Notes under the pieces: generated by a model
What the model saw: only the letters and a program-made list of their open reading frames with translations
Told to the model about the DNA's origin: nothing
Databases searched by the model: none
Made by a program: the position numbers and the translations under genes
DNA from: an uncultured Spirochaetota bacterium
GTDB lineage: Bacteria; Spirochaetota; Brevinematia; Brevinematales; JAOACQ01
Assembly: GCA_963783575.1 (NCBI GenBank)
Contig: CAWAOD010000006.1
Coordinates: forward strand, 64,001 to 128,000
Direction: 5' to 3'
DNA: 64,000 nucleotides
In this document: piece after piece, positions 51,912 through 61,762 of the stretch
How positions within the stretch are numbered: position 1 is the stretch's first letter
Layout of the letters: the number at the start of each line of letters is the position of its first letter

Positions 51912-53537
51912 TCACAATTTTTTTGGGTTCAGTATATAAACATCATCATCCAGCAAAATCCAATCTTCTTTTCCGTCTTGATTTACATCCTGTATTATAA
52001 AAGTTGCATCCCCGGTTTTTAGAAAAAAATTAACCTTTTCTGCATACATTTTATCGGGATAAAAAACAGTAATGCATATTTCATTTGTGCTGTTAAACCC
52101 GTAAAAAACATATCCCCAGGAACCTGAGATTTCATTGAATTTATTAATATTAATCAAATACGTAAAATCCGAATTCAGAGAATAGATCAAATTTGACTGG
52201 TTTGTAATAATATCGTTTGAAAGAATATTATCATTTGAATTGGATGTAATAATATATCTGTTTGTCGGCGATAAAATCAAAGATATAGTATTACTGCAGT
52301 ATAATTTCGGCATCGGAAAAGACATTTCAGGGAAACGGTTCACAACATTACTTACGCCAAGGATACATTCCGTTAAAAGAATAAAAGAATTTGAATTATA
52401 ATCCATATAATCTTCAAATACCGGTGAATATGCGTTCTCGTTCTTATCACTCCTGCTCTGTCTTTTTTCGAATAATGGAATCTGTAGTGATACGCTCTTT
52501 TTTCTATCTATTGATTGAATATTCTTTGAAAAGTATAATATATTCGGATATATATCAAAACCGTAAGTTAATTTCAAATCCATTGAGAAAGTGGGTTTTT
52601 TCAACATCCGGTTCAAATAAATCATCTGATTGCAAGCTTTGATATGATACTTCTTTTGTTTTAACATCATTAAAATGCTTGACGATTTTTTCAAATATTG
52701 TTCGGCTTCCTGAAATTCTCCGTCATGCACATAAACCGGAAGGAGATCATAATTCTTATAAAACCTAGCCGGATCTATATCTATAGCAATCTGGCAGGTT
52801 GTGTATGCGATATCTTTATTGCCCAGTTCCCATTCAAGAATTGCTTTGAATACTAAAAAATCCTGCCTGCCGATGTATAAATCTTCCGGGTTTATTTTAT
52901 CGATATAATATTCGGAGCCGTTTAAATCTTTTTTATAATAATATTTAATCATTGCTAAATAATAAAACAGTTCTGAATTTTCAACATTTTCCAGAATTGC
53001 CAGATTTAAATATTCATCGGATTGCTGATAATTTTTCATTTTGAAATAACATTCACCTATTCTTTGATGCAGAAAGCCTGCCTCTTCTTCAAATTGATTT
53101 GTCATCTGCTCATATAATGAAATAGCTTTTTTTAAACTTTTTTCCCTGGAAAGCTGAAAACCATCGAATTCATTCGTTAATGCGTTTAAAAAATCATCAT
53201 TGGATATTGTATATTCTTCATTTGTTAATTTACATTGATTATTCCTGAAAATATGATAATTATACTCGAGTGAAGTGCAGTCGATATTAATTTCAGAAGA
53301 AATTTCTTTGCTTATATCGGTAATCGCCGTTCTCAGTTCAATGTGATTGGCTGCGGTTTCATTATAATTTGAGATATTTGTAAACTGGCTGGTTATTCCA
53401 GATGATTTATTTGTATTCTGATCCGGTTCCTCTGCTTTAACATTAACAGGCGGTTGCAGCGGTTTTTCTTTTTTTATGGGCGTGCTGTTACATGAAGCAA
53501 TTAAAAATAGTAATATTAATATTATAAATATTTTCAT
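51912..53537 (-). CDS. TPR-containing lipoprotein
   Basis: Lipobox IASC; IGECYFKMKNYQQS and FYYLAMI TPR patterns; C-terminal DVNQDGKED. Confidence 0.65.
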   Translation of the reverse strand: MKIFIILILLFLIASCNSTPIKKEKPLQPPVNVKAEEPDQNTNKSSGITSQFTNISNYNETAANHIELRTAITDISKEISSEINIDCTSLEYNYHIFRNNQCKLTNEEYTISNDDFLNALTNEFDGFQLSREKSLKKAISLYEQMTNQFEEEAGFLHQRIGECYFKMKNYQQSDEYLNLAILENVENSELFYYLAMIKYYYKKDLNGSEYYIDKINPEDLYIGRQDFLVFKAILEWELGNKDIAYTTCQIAIDIDPARFYKNYDLLPVYVHDGEFQEAEQYLKKSSSILMMLKQKKYHIKACNQMIYLNRMLKKPTFSMDLKLTYGFDIYPNILYFSKNIQSIDRKKSVSLQIPLFEKRQSRSDKNENAYSPVFEDYMDYNSNSFILLTECILGVSNVVNRFPEMSFPMPKLYCSNTISLILSPTNRYIITSNSNDNILSNDIITNQSNLIYSLNSDFTYLININKFNEISGSWGYVFYGFNSTNEICITVFYPDKMYAEKVNFFLKTGDATFIIQDVNQDGKEDWILLDDDVYILNPKKL

Positions 53538-53727
53538 GCAATGTCCTGAAAAATTTTCAAGATATGTTTTTAAATTATGATTAATTAGAATTATAATTTG
53601 TGTATAATAAAAACACAAAAAAGTCAGTTCATTCCGGGGAGTTTTCAACAAGATCGAAATGCCATAATAAACAAACAATTTCCAAAGTTTTCGTGTTATG
53701 GTATTTTATACTTTGACCAATATTCAT

Positions 53728-54513
53728 TCAATTACTCAAGGCTTTGCAGGGACAGAAATGAAATTCAAATTCTTCAGATAGTTTAGTAAATTTAATTCGG
53801 TACGCTTCTTCAAATTCAATGCTTTCTTTTTTCCAATTGCTCTTTGAAAAAAATACCGGGCTGTCAATAACTATTTTTATTGTACCGGATTTCAGGCTTA
53901 ATAATGAATTTTTCTTCGATAAAATATTTTCACTCCCCAATATATATAAAGGAAGAACAGGAGAACCGGTTCGAGCTGCAGTGATAAAGGTTCCCGGAGC
54001 AAAAGGAAGTAAATTTTTCCCGCTTCCCCTTGTTCCTTCAGCATAAATTAATACACAATCTTTTCTTTTTAGAAAAGAAGAGATTTTATAAAAGTTTTCA
54101 CTTGAAATTGATTTATCGATAACTGGAATATATTCATAAAGTTTCATACCATAACCAAAAAATAATATTTTAAAATATCCTTCTTTCGCAAGAAAATGAA
54201 TTTGTAGTAGAGGGAAATTAGCTATTATTGAAAGCTGATCAAACCATGAACGATGATTTGCTACAATTATATAACTTTTATCTAAAGGGATATTATATGG
54301 ATTCTCTAATATAACATTAACATTAAACAATTTCAATGCCTTACTGTTATATCGTATTAAATCTTCGTAATATTGAGACCACTTTTTTTTAAGAATTTTA
54401 CTTTTTATAATCGGTTTAGAAAACATATAATAAAATGTATAAATATAATAGATTAACCATAAACTCATTATATGTATTTTCTTAAATAAACTGTTTTGTG
54501 AAGTTTTATTCAT
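53728..54513 (-). CDS. plsC: Lysophospholipid acyltransferase (PlsC family)
   Basis: NHRSWFD (HX4D), FLAK, AEGTRG, PVLP. Confidence 0.8.
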   Translation of the reverse strand: MNKTSQNSLFKKIHIMSLWLIYYIYTFYYMFSKPIIKSKILKKKWSQYYEDLIRYNSKALKLFNVNVILENPYNIPLDKSYIIVANHRSWFDQLSIIANFPLLQIHFLAKEGYFKILFFGYGMKLYEYIPVIDKSISSENFYKISSFLKRKDCVLIYAEGTRGSGKNLLPFAPGTFITAARTGSPVLPLYILGSENILSKKNSLLSLKSGTIKIVIDSPVFFSKSNWKKESIEFEEAYRIKFTKLSEEFEFHFCPCKALSN

Positions 54514-55717
54514 CTATGTACCTCTCAACTTTCTCTAAATCAATTGAAAATTCTTCTTTTGCAATCTGTAGCAGTATTTTAAGATCATATTTCCGGGGAT
54601 TATTGAAAGTTCGTTGGGAATATACAGTTACATTCCGAATTATTTTCTTATAATCATTATATTTTATATAATGACTCAGATATGGCGGAATATTCAACCT
54701 TTGGAGAATATTCTGGAATCGATCCGGCATTGATTCTTTATCCAATACTTCAAAGATTGAACAAATATATTTAATAGCTGAGTTTAAAGGTTCTATACCC
54801 CTGGAATCCAGGCATTCATCCTTATGACATTGCTGATTAAATTTCCAAACTATAGGTAAATTTAAAAATACGGCTAAACCATGGGGGATAGAATGATTTG
54901 CGGTTAGTTGATATGAAAGAGCATGGGCTAAAGTAGTTTTAGAAATATTAATAGCTTTGCCTGCTAAATAGGCGGCATTTTGCATTTTTTCAATTAATAT
55001 TATTGAATTCATTGATCGATTTTCAAAAAAAGGTAATAAATAATAAATTTCTTGAATTGCCTTCTGGGCATTACTAATTGATTCTTTTGAAGAATGTATT
55101 GCCCATAAGGATTCAATTGCCTGAGATAAAGCATCCAACATTGTCATTACTTGAATATCAAATTTGATGTCAAATAGCCAGTTTGCAATAAAAAAAACCA
55201 CCTCTGGAAGTAAGAAATCAGATTCAATATTATACTTTTTTTTATTTTGATATATAACACTAAAATTAGTAGCTTCCGAACCAGTTCCTGCGGTAGTAGG
55301 TATTGCAAAAAGAACCGGGTTATTATTATAAAGATAGTCTTTTTCTTGAGAACTATGAATAATTTCAGAAACCTTGGTATGTGTTGCATAAATATATCTT
55401 AAACATTTACTTAAATCTAAAACACTGCCGCCACCAATTGCAATAATTAAATCTGGAATAAAATTTTTCCCGATCTCTTTATATTTAAATTCTAAATCTG
55501 TGACACTAAACAACTGAGTTGAAAATAATATATGTTTTATTTGATACTGAAATGATAAATGTTTAATCAACTTAAAAATATCTTGATTATTCACTGCACT
55601 TTTAAAAGTTATAATTAATATTTTATTTATTTTTGATTCGGCCAGTTTAATCTGGTCAAGAATAGGCTTGATATTTTGACCTTTAATAACAACTTGTTCC
55701 ACTGCCGTCACTCCCAT
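54506..55717 (-). CDS. Iron-containing alcohol dehydrogenase, phosphonoacetaldehyde-reductase-like
   Basis: AIGGGSVLD, IPTTAGTGSEAT, DALSQAIES.W, AGKAINISKTT.AHALSY, PHGLAV. Confidence 0.75.
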   Translation of the reverse strand: MGVTAVEQVVIKGQNIKPILDQIKLAESKINKILIITFKSAVNNQDIFKLIKHLSFQYQIKHILFSTQLFSVTDLEFKYKEIGKNFIPDLIIAIGGGSVLDLSKCLRYIYATHTKVSEIIHSSQEKDYLYNNNPVLFAIPTTAGTGSEATNFSVIYQNKKKYNIESDFLLPEVVFFIANWLFDIKFDIQVMTMLDALSQAIESLWAIHSSKESISNAQKAIQEIYYLLPFFENRSMNSIILIEKMQNAAYLAGKAINISKTTLAHALSYQLTANHSIPHGLAVFLNLPIVWKFNQQCHKDECLDSRGIEPLNSAIKYICSIFEVLDKESMPDRFQNILQRLNIPPYLSHYIKYNDYKKIIRNVTVYSQRTFNNPRKYDLKILLQIAKEEFSIDLEKVERYIDE

Positions 55718-55767
55718 ACATATAGCATTTGATTTCCAGCTTTGAATCCAAAATATAATAATTTAAA

Positions 55768-56889
55768 TTAGTGATTATTAATATCTTTATAATACAAACA
55801 ATATTCATGAAGATTTTTCTTAGCGTATTTTAAATAGCCGAATGACAAAGCATCTTCAGCAATGAGCGCAATAATTAGTGGGATGTTTAGTTTACTCACC
55901 TTTAACAGGCCTGAATATGCCATAGCTGTGCCAAGTCCATTATTCTTTTTTATTTCATCATGGGTAATACCAACATATATATTGACTATTGATAACAATT
56001 TTTGGTTTATCTTTAAATACCTTAAGATACTGGTATTACTATCAGGCATATTAACCATCCAATGATAATTTGGTATTGAAATATTAAAACCAACCGTTCT
56101 TCCTGCAGGATTTATGGCTAAATATGCGAAGTCGGGTATTAAAACCTGTTTTAAGTTTTTAAATAATTCGATAAATATTCTAGAATCCAATTTATGATAA
56201 CCAATAAAATCAGAATATGAATCATTTATCAACTCATTTAACAATAAAAGTTCATTATCATAATTATTTATGTCCAATTTGCGAAATTGATATCCTTTTT
56301 TTAAAAGACGATGGTTTATTTTTCCTATCCTGTTAATCAATTCGTTAATTGAATCCTCACTAAAAGTACCTGAATACCATTTTTTTAAAGGTTTAAATCC
56401 GATTTGCTCGAAGAGTAACGGATAATAAGATTTATTATATGGTTCTTTAAAAAATGGGACATCTTCAAAACCCTGTGTCATAAAACGATATGAATACCAC
56501 AATGTACCATTCATTGGAGCCCACACGGTGGATATATTTTGCATTTTAAGCCAATTACAAGCTTTATCAATCAACATTGAGGCTGCCTTGATGTCATTTT
56601 CACACTCAAAAAAGCCTATACTGCCTAAAGGTTTATCATTAATTATCAATAATTTGTTAATAAAAGCCGTAGCTCGCCCGATAATTCGACCAGAACATTC
56701 TATTAAAAAGTTTTTATGATCTAAAAATGTATTAAAAGGATGGCTTCGATTAAGAAATTTCTCAAGATCGCTTTTAGATGGTGTTATCCATTTTTCCGAT
56801 TGTTTATACAATCGCTTGGGTAATGAAATAAAATTATTAATATTTCCCTTTTGTTCATCAAATTCAAAAATCTGGTATACTTTTCCCAC
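55768..56889 (-). CDS. YghO-like double-GNAT acyltransferase
   Basis: FISLPKRLY, HPF, IIGRATA, GSIGFFEC, PYNKSYYPLLFE. Confidence 0.7.
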   Translation of the reverse strand: MGKVYQIFEFDEQKGNINNFISLPKRLYKQSEKWITPSKSDLEKFLNRSHPFNTFLDHKNFLIECSGRIIGRATAFINKLLIINDKPLGSIGFFECENDIKAASMLIDKACNWLKMQNISTVWAPMNGTLWYSYRFMTQGFEDVPFFKEPYNKSYYPLLFEQIGFKPLKKWYSGTFSEDSINELINRIGKINHRLLKKGYQFRKLDINNYDNELLLLNELINDSYSDFIGYHKLDSRIFIELFKNLKQVLIPDFAYLAINPAGRTVGFNISIPNYHWMVNMPDSNTSILRYLKINQKLLSIVNIYVGITHDEIKKNNGLGTAMAYSGLLKVSKLNIPLIIALIAEDALSFGYLKYAKKNLHEYCLYYKDINNH

Positions 56890-57005
56890 TAAAAAGCTAC
56901 CCCATTAATTATTTTTGCGTTTCCACTAGAAGATGTTTCCAGTAGTTCTGACTTTAATACCTCAAGTTTCTGCCTTCAGGATTTTTTATTTTAATACAAT
57001 CCACA

Positions 57006-57596
57006 TTAAACGATCTTTTTTCTTACTCCAATAATAAATAGTAAAATGTTCATCAAAAAGTGCACTATAATTCCAATAATAATAAATAATAAAAAAATGG
57101 TCATACCTGGAATATAGAATATAAGCATTGCTAAAGAACAACCGATCACTGAATCAGCTTGATCAATAAAAATAAACAATAATCCTAATGCCCCTTTTCC
57201 GTGTTCGCCGGGTGCGATCCGTAATCTTCTTTTAAAAAAACTATTGGGAAGTTCAAATAAAACATAGGAAAAACCCCATACCGCCCCGAAAATAAATATG
57301 GAGAAAATAGAATGAAATTTATAAAAGGGAATTAATGATAGTCTGGCAGCCCAGGGAAAAGTAATTGCAAGAATATAAAATAAAAAAAACCAAAATGATG
57401 TAAATACAATCATTCCAATGAAGAATTTCCATGATTTATTATTACCAAATAACCTTTGTCCATCTGATAGAATAATATTTAAATCTATAGGTCTTTTCAA
57501 AAAATTAAAATACGGTGTTTTAATAAAAATCATATTCGTTGTACCTGCAAGTATCAAAGGTAACATTAAATATATAACTTCTAAAATCCGACTCAT
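57006..57596 (-). CDS. CDP-archaeol synthase (CarS/DUF46)-like cytidylyltransferase
   Basis: PIDL...DGQRLFGNNKSW, ELPNSFFKRRL.I.PG, DQADS. Confidence 0.75.
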   Translation of the reverse strand: MSRILEVIYLMLPLILAGTTNMIFIKTPYFNFLKRPIDLNIILSDGQRLFGNNKSWKFFIGMIVFTSFWFFLFYILAITFPWAARLSLIPFYKFHSIFSIFIFGAVWGFSYVLFELPNSFFKRRLRIAPGEHGKGALGLLFIFIDQADSVIGCSLAMLIFYIPGMTIFLLFIIIGIIVHFLMNILLFIIGVRKKIV

Positions 57597-57705
57597 TTAT
57601 TCTCCCTATTTTATATAATAATTATTGAAAAATTCTTATAGTAAAATTTCTGATGGTTATATTTACATCCATCAAAACATGAACTTTATTTGTGTCATTG
57701 ATAAA

Positions 57706-58326
57706 TTATTCAAATTTCAAGTGTAAATAAAAAAACGCTAATATAATAACTACAAGGATAATAGTAATTAAAATGTATTTCTGTGGTTTAAAAAATGGTT
57801 TATTCAATATCATAAAGAAACTAAAAGTAATTAACAATAGATTACTTATAGTAATGAACACCAAATGTTTTGTTATGAAAGAAAGACCAAATAAAAATAA
57901 AAGAAGAAAAAGACTCCAAAAAACTGGAAGACCGGTATAATATAATTTGCTTCCTTCTTTTAAATTACCAATAATATTAAATTTAGAGAGCCTTAATATT
58001 CCAGAAGTAATAAATATGAAGAAAATTATTAGAGATAATGGATCTTTATTACCAAGAACATATAAAAAAAGAACTGGAGCGATCAAATACCCGATTAAAT
58101 CGATGAACCCATCTAAATATCTCCCGAATTCTGATTCAATATTTAATTTTCTGGCTATCATACCATCAAAATTATCAGCAAACATACCTATAAACAATAA
58201 TGAAATAGCAAAATAAAAATTTTTGGCAAATATTTGAACCAGAGCAAAACTGGAAAAAAACAATGCTGACAACGATATTAAATCAGCTAAATTAAGACGG
58301 ATAATAAAAACTTCCTTTTTTTCCAT
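57706..58326 (-). CDS. pssA: CDP-alcohol phosphatidyltransferase (PssA-like), copy 1
   Basis: DNFDGMIAR...FGRYLDGFID, LRLSKFN, YTGLPV. Confidence 0.7.
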   Translation of the reverse strand: MEKKEVFIIRLNLADLISLSALFFSSFALVQIFAKNFYFAISLLFIGMFADNFDGMIARKLNIESEFGRYLDGFIDLIGYLIAPVLFLYVLGNKDPLSLIIFFIFITSGILRLSKFNIIGNLKEGSKLYYTGLPVFWSLFLLLFLFGLSFITKHLVFITISNLLLITFSFFMILNKPFFKPQKYILITIILVVIILAFFYLHLKFE

Positions 58327-58336
58327 AGTATTACCT

Positions 58337-59254
58337 CTAATATTTATTAAATGATTTCCCAATGTGAGAACCAACTTTTACTAACGTTTCAATCCCTTTT
58401 TGAGAATAAAACTGTATATCTTCATCAATGATAATAGTGTTGGGTTTAAAAAGCAAAATAATAGTGGACCCTCCATACTCAAAATAACCTTTTTCTTCTC
58501 CTTTTTGAAAATAACCCCCATATCGTTTATTTTGAATTATTTTCCCAACCGTCATCGCACCAACTTCAATTTGTATTACTTCTCCAAATTGTTCAGTATA
58601 TAATATGCAATATTCCCGATAATTAAGGTGATAAAGAGGAAAGTATTTATTTATTAATGGTTGAGGCGCTGAAGCATGATAATCACCTTTAATGGTTATT
58701 ATAGGCCCTTGATTTCCATTATCAATATAACAAAATCTATGATAGTCAGAAGGAACGAGTCGAAAAATAAGACATAATCCATTGTAATAATTTCTTATTA
58801 GCTCTTTATTATTTATTAGCTCAAAATAATAATAATTCTTACCTTTCACCATAAGTTGTATTTCATTTTCTATACATCCAACTAGTAGACGACTATCAGC
58901 TGTTGAGATCAATGACTTAGCATCCTTATTAATCGGTCTTGCCGTTGGTTTTAATTTTCTAATAAAAAAATCGTTTAATGTAAGATAAGAAGAAATTGGC
59001 TGCTCAATTTCTTCAATATTAATTTGATATTTTTTAATAAGGTTGTTAATCCTATGCCTACTTTTTTGCCCCCTTTGAAACATTCCATATAGTTTATTAA
59101 ATAACTTTCGTTTAAAAATTAAGTTGATTGCTATTCTACCCAAGAAAGTTCCATATAACTTCTCTTTTAACTCTTTACTATATATTAATTCTTCTTCTAT
59201 TATAGATCTTTCACGATTATATATTTTAATTTTTGAATTTGCTAGTTTTGACAT
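58337..59254 (-). CDS. psd: Phosphatidylserine decarboxylase (GGST type), copy 1
   Basis: FFIRKLKP.ARPI, ADSRL, DYHRF, EVGA..VG, KGYFEYGGST. Confidence 0.85.
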   Translation of the reverse strand: MSKLANSKIKIYNRERSIIEEELIYSKELKEKLYGTFLGRIAINLIFKRKLFNKLYGMFQRGQKSRHRINNLIKKYQINIEEIEQPISSYLTLNDFFIRKLKPTARPINKDAKSLISTADSRLLVGCIENEIQLMVKGKNYYYFELINNKELIRNYYNGLCLIFRLVPSDYHRFCYIDNGNQGPIITIKGDYHASAPQPLINKYFPLYHLNYREYCILYTEQFGEVIQIEVGAMTVGKIIQNKRYGGYFQKGEEKGYFEYGGSTIILLFKPNTIIIDEDIQFYSQKGIETLVKVGSHIGKSFNKY

Positions 59255-59304
59255 ATTAACATTCTCCTTAATTACCTTATTCCACAAAGTTTCAATAAGC
59301 GTGC

Positions 59305-59478
59305 CCCTTCGATTCCTCAGGGCGGGCTAACTTGACCCGGGTATGATTCCCCGCAGTTTACGGAATTTATCCCGAGCAGAACCTGCCCTGAGTTTATCGA
59401 AGGGTCAAGGGGCTATCTATCAAGTTGGCTTCCTGCTATTCTGCATTTATAATACCTCGCAGCTTGCTGTGGGGGTAG
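59305..59478. repeat. REP-like palindrome cluster
   Basis: CCCTTCGATTCCTCAGGGC / GCCCTGAGTTTATCGAAGGG inverted pair; hairpin ACCTCGCAGC-TT-GCTGTGGGGGT. Confidence 0.6.
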
Positions 59479-60053
59479 TTTATTGAATTCCGTTGCTATA
59501 CCCCGCTATAATCCGAATTGTAGTCAATCGCCATCATACCGATTTTAATCAAGCTATGTTGTCTTCTTTACTATTTAGGTTATGAAACACCATAGAAATC
59601 GTCGCCGATAATTTATCCACAAGTTTGTAAAATCGCTGTCTCTAGCACTATAATGATGTAACATACTAGGCGGTTCCCATAAATTGATGTTCCAGACTTT
59701 GAACATTAAATTGAACTCCAATTAATTGGATTTATTCTAATAAGCAGTCAGAAAAAAAGCAAGATGAAAAAATGAAAAATGATTCCAATCAAAAATCAAA
59801 TTTTATCTGAGACATTATCAGGCAATGTTTTTTGTTATAATTAATAATTATATAAATCATATATAAATCGGTAATCGGTTATTCAATAGTTATTCTTTCA
59901 TTATAAATTTATTGGCTAGATTTGATAATTAGTAGTTGAATCTTTATAATATAAAAAGTTTGTTATTGTTTACATTTAATCTAAACGAGTGCAAGAAGCA
60001 ATCTATTTTCGGTTTAAATTTAATAAGTGAATAAAGAATAAGGAGGCAAAAGT

Positions 60054-60677
60054 ATGTTTATAGGTTATATTAATCTACCTAATATTGTAACTCTTGCCGG
60101 GCTTGTATTATCAATAACCGCATGTTTTCTCTCCTATAACCAGAACTTGGAATTCGCGATTGTTTTTTTTATTTTTGCCGGTTTAAGTGATTTATTTGAC
60201 GGCTTATTAGCGCGAAAGGTAAATATAAATCCTGAACAGAAAGCTTTTGGTGAGCAAATCGATTCTGTAATCGATATTGTCAGTTTCGGAGTTACTCCGG
60301 TAATAATACTCCTTAATTCGGGATTCAACGATTTCATTTCTTTGGTTATTTTTTCAATCTATTGCATCTGCGCAGCTATGAGACTTGCCTATTTCAATGT
60401 TAAAAAAAATTATTTGATAAAAGAAGAAGCAATGAATGGTTATGTGGGTCTTCCGGTAACTTATACTGCCCTTATTTTTCCTATTGTTATGACCACTAAA
60501 TATTTTATTGATATAACTATATATCATATCATTATTTACATGGTTATAATCATTATATCTTTCTTTTTTATATTTAAAATCCATTTCCCGAAAGTCAAAG
60601 GAATATTCTATATAATTTTTCCCATAATAGCATTAGCCTTAATTATTACTTGGGTCCTATTGTATCTGAAAAGGTAA
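60054..60677 (+). CDS. pssA: CDP-alcohol phosphatidyltransferase (PssA-like), copy 2
   Basis: NLPNIVT, DLFDGLLAR...FGEQIDSVID.VSFGV.P, RLAYFN, GLPV. Confidence 0.8.
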   Translation: MFIGYINLPNIVTLAGLVLSITACFLSYNQNLEFAIVFFIFAGLSDLFDGLLARKVNINPEQKAFGEQIDSVIDIVSFGVTPVIILLNSGFNDFISLVIFSIYCICAAMRLAYFNVKKNYLIKEEAMNGYVGLPVTYTALIFPIVMTTKYFIDITIYHIIIYMVIIIISFFFIFKIHFPKVKGIFYIIFPIIALALIITWVLLYLKR

Positions 60678-60683
60678 TAACCT

Positions 60684-61598
60684 ATGAGACTTCTAAAATC
60701 GGATCTGACAGATATTACATTGTATAATCTTCAAACCGGGAAACTGGAGAAAGAAAAGATTTTTGGGCAAAAAAAAATGGATCTCCTATATGGATCATGG
60801 TTCGGACATCAACTAACTAATATTTTTATATCTCAGCCCTTATTCTCAAAATTCTATGGCTACCTTCAGAAAAGGAAAAAATCCTCCGGGGATATAGACA
60901 GTTTCATAAAAAAATATAACATTGATACTTCCGAACTAGAGAAACCAGTTAAAATGTATAGGAATTTCAACGAATTCTTCATTAGAAAACTAAAACCGGA
61001 AGCTCGGCCCATCAATCAAGATCACAATATACTGATTTCACCGGCGGACAGCCGGTTACTAGCTTATCAATTAAAATCCGGTGTCGTTTTACCAGTTAAG
61101 GGCAGGTATTTTTCCGTAATCGAAGTAATATCGGAAAAAAAGCTGGCTAAAGAATTTGATAATGGTATATGTCTTGTATTCAGACTCGCACCTTCGGATT
61201 ATCACAGGTTCTGCTATATAGATGATGGACAACAAGATCCAGTGACTTTTGTTCGGGGCAGACTTCACTCCGTTAGCCCTCTATCACTCAATCGTGGTAT
61301 CAGGGTTTTTCCTACAAATTTCCGTAATTATTGTGTAATGCATACTAATAATTTTATGGATATTATCCAAATTGAAGTTGGAGCTCTAACTGTGGGAAAG
61401 ATTGTCCAGAATAATCCGCTGGGTCATAATTTTAAGAGGGGTGAGGAAAAGGGTTATTTTGAGTTTGGCGGTTCGACAATCATCCTTTTTATAAAATCGG
61501 ATATTGTTATAATTAATGATGATATTATGGAATATTCATCAAGGGGAATAGAAACGATCGTTAAGTATGGTTCTCCTATAGGGTCAAAGAAAAAATAA
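60684..61598 (+). CDS. psd: Phosphatidylserine decarboxylase (GGST type), copy 2
   Basis: FNEFFIRKLKPEARPI, SPADSRL, RLAPSDYHRF, HSV, KGYFEFGGST. Confidence 0.9.
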   Translation: MRLLKSDLTDITLYNLQTGKLEKEKIFGQKKMDLLYGSWFGHQLTNIFISQPLFSKFYGYLQKRKKSSGDIDSFIKKYNIDTSELEKPVKMYRNFNEFFIRKLKPEARPINQDHNILISPADSRLLAYQLKSGVVLPVKGRYFSVIEVISEKKLAKEFDNGICLVFRLAPSDYHRFCYIDDGQQDPVTFVRGRLHSVSPLSLNRGIRVFPTNFRNYCVMHTNNFMDIIQIEVGALTVGKIVQNNPLGHNFKRGEEKGYFEFGGSTIILFIKSDIVIINDDIMEYSSRGIETIVKYGSPIGSKKK

Positions 61599-61762
61599 TA
61601 GTGATTCATGCTGTTACATAACCTGAATTATCCTCTCACAGCATTCAAAAAAGTTTTGATTTTAAACAATATTCTTTAATTTTGCATTTCTTTATTAATT
61701 GTTCTAGAATATTTTGACAAGCGCCGTCTGTGCTCTTATTCAAAAATAGCAGGAGGATTATC

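Noticed and set aside
59613..59621. DnaA box (TTATCCACA) / replication origin
   Set aside because: A single box with no cluster and no dnaA/dnaN nearby.
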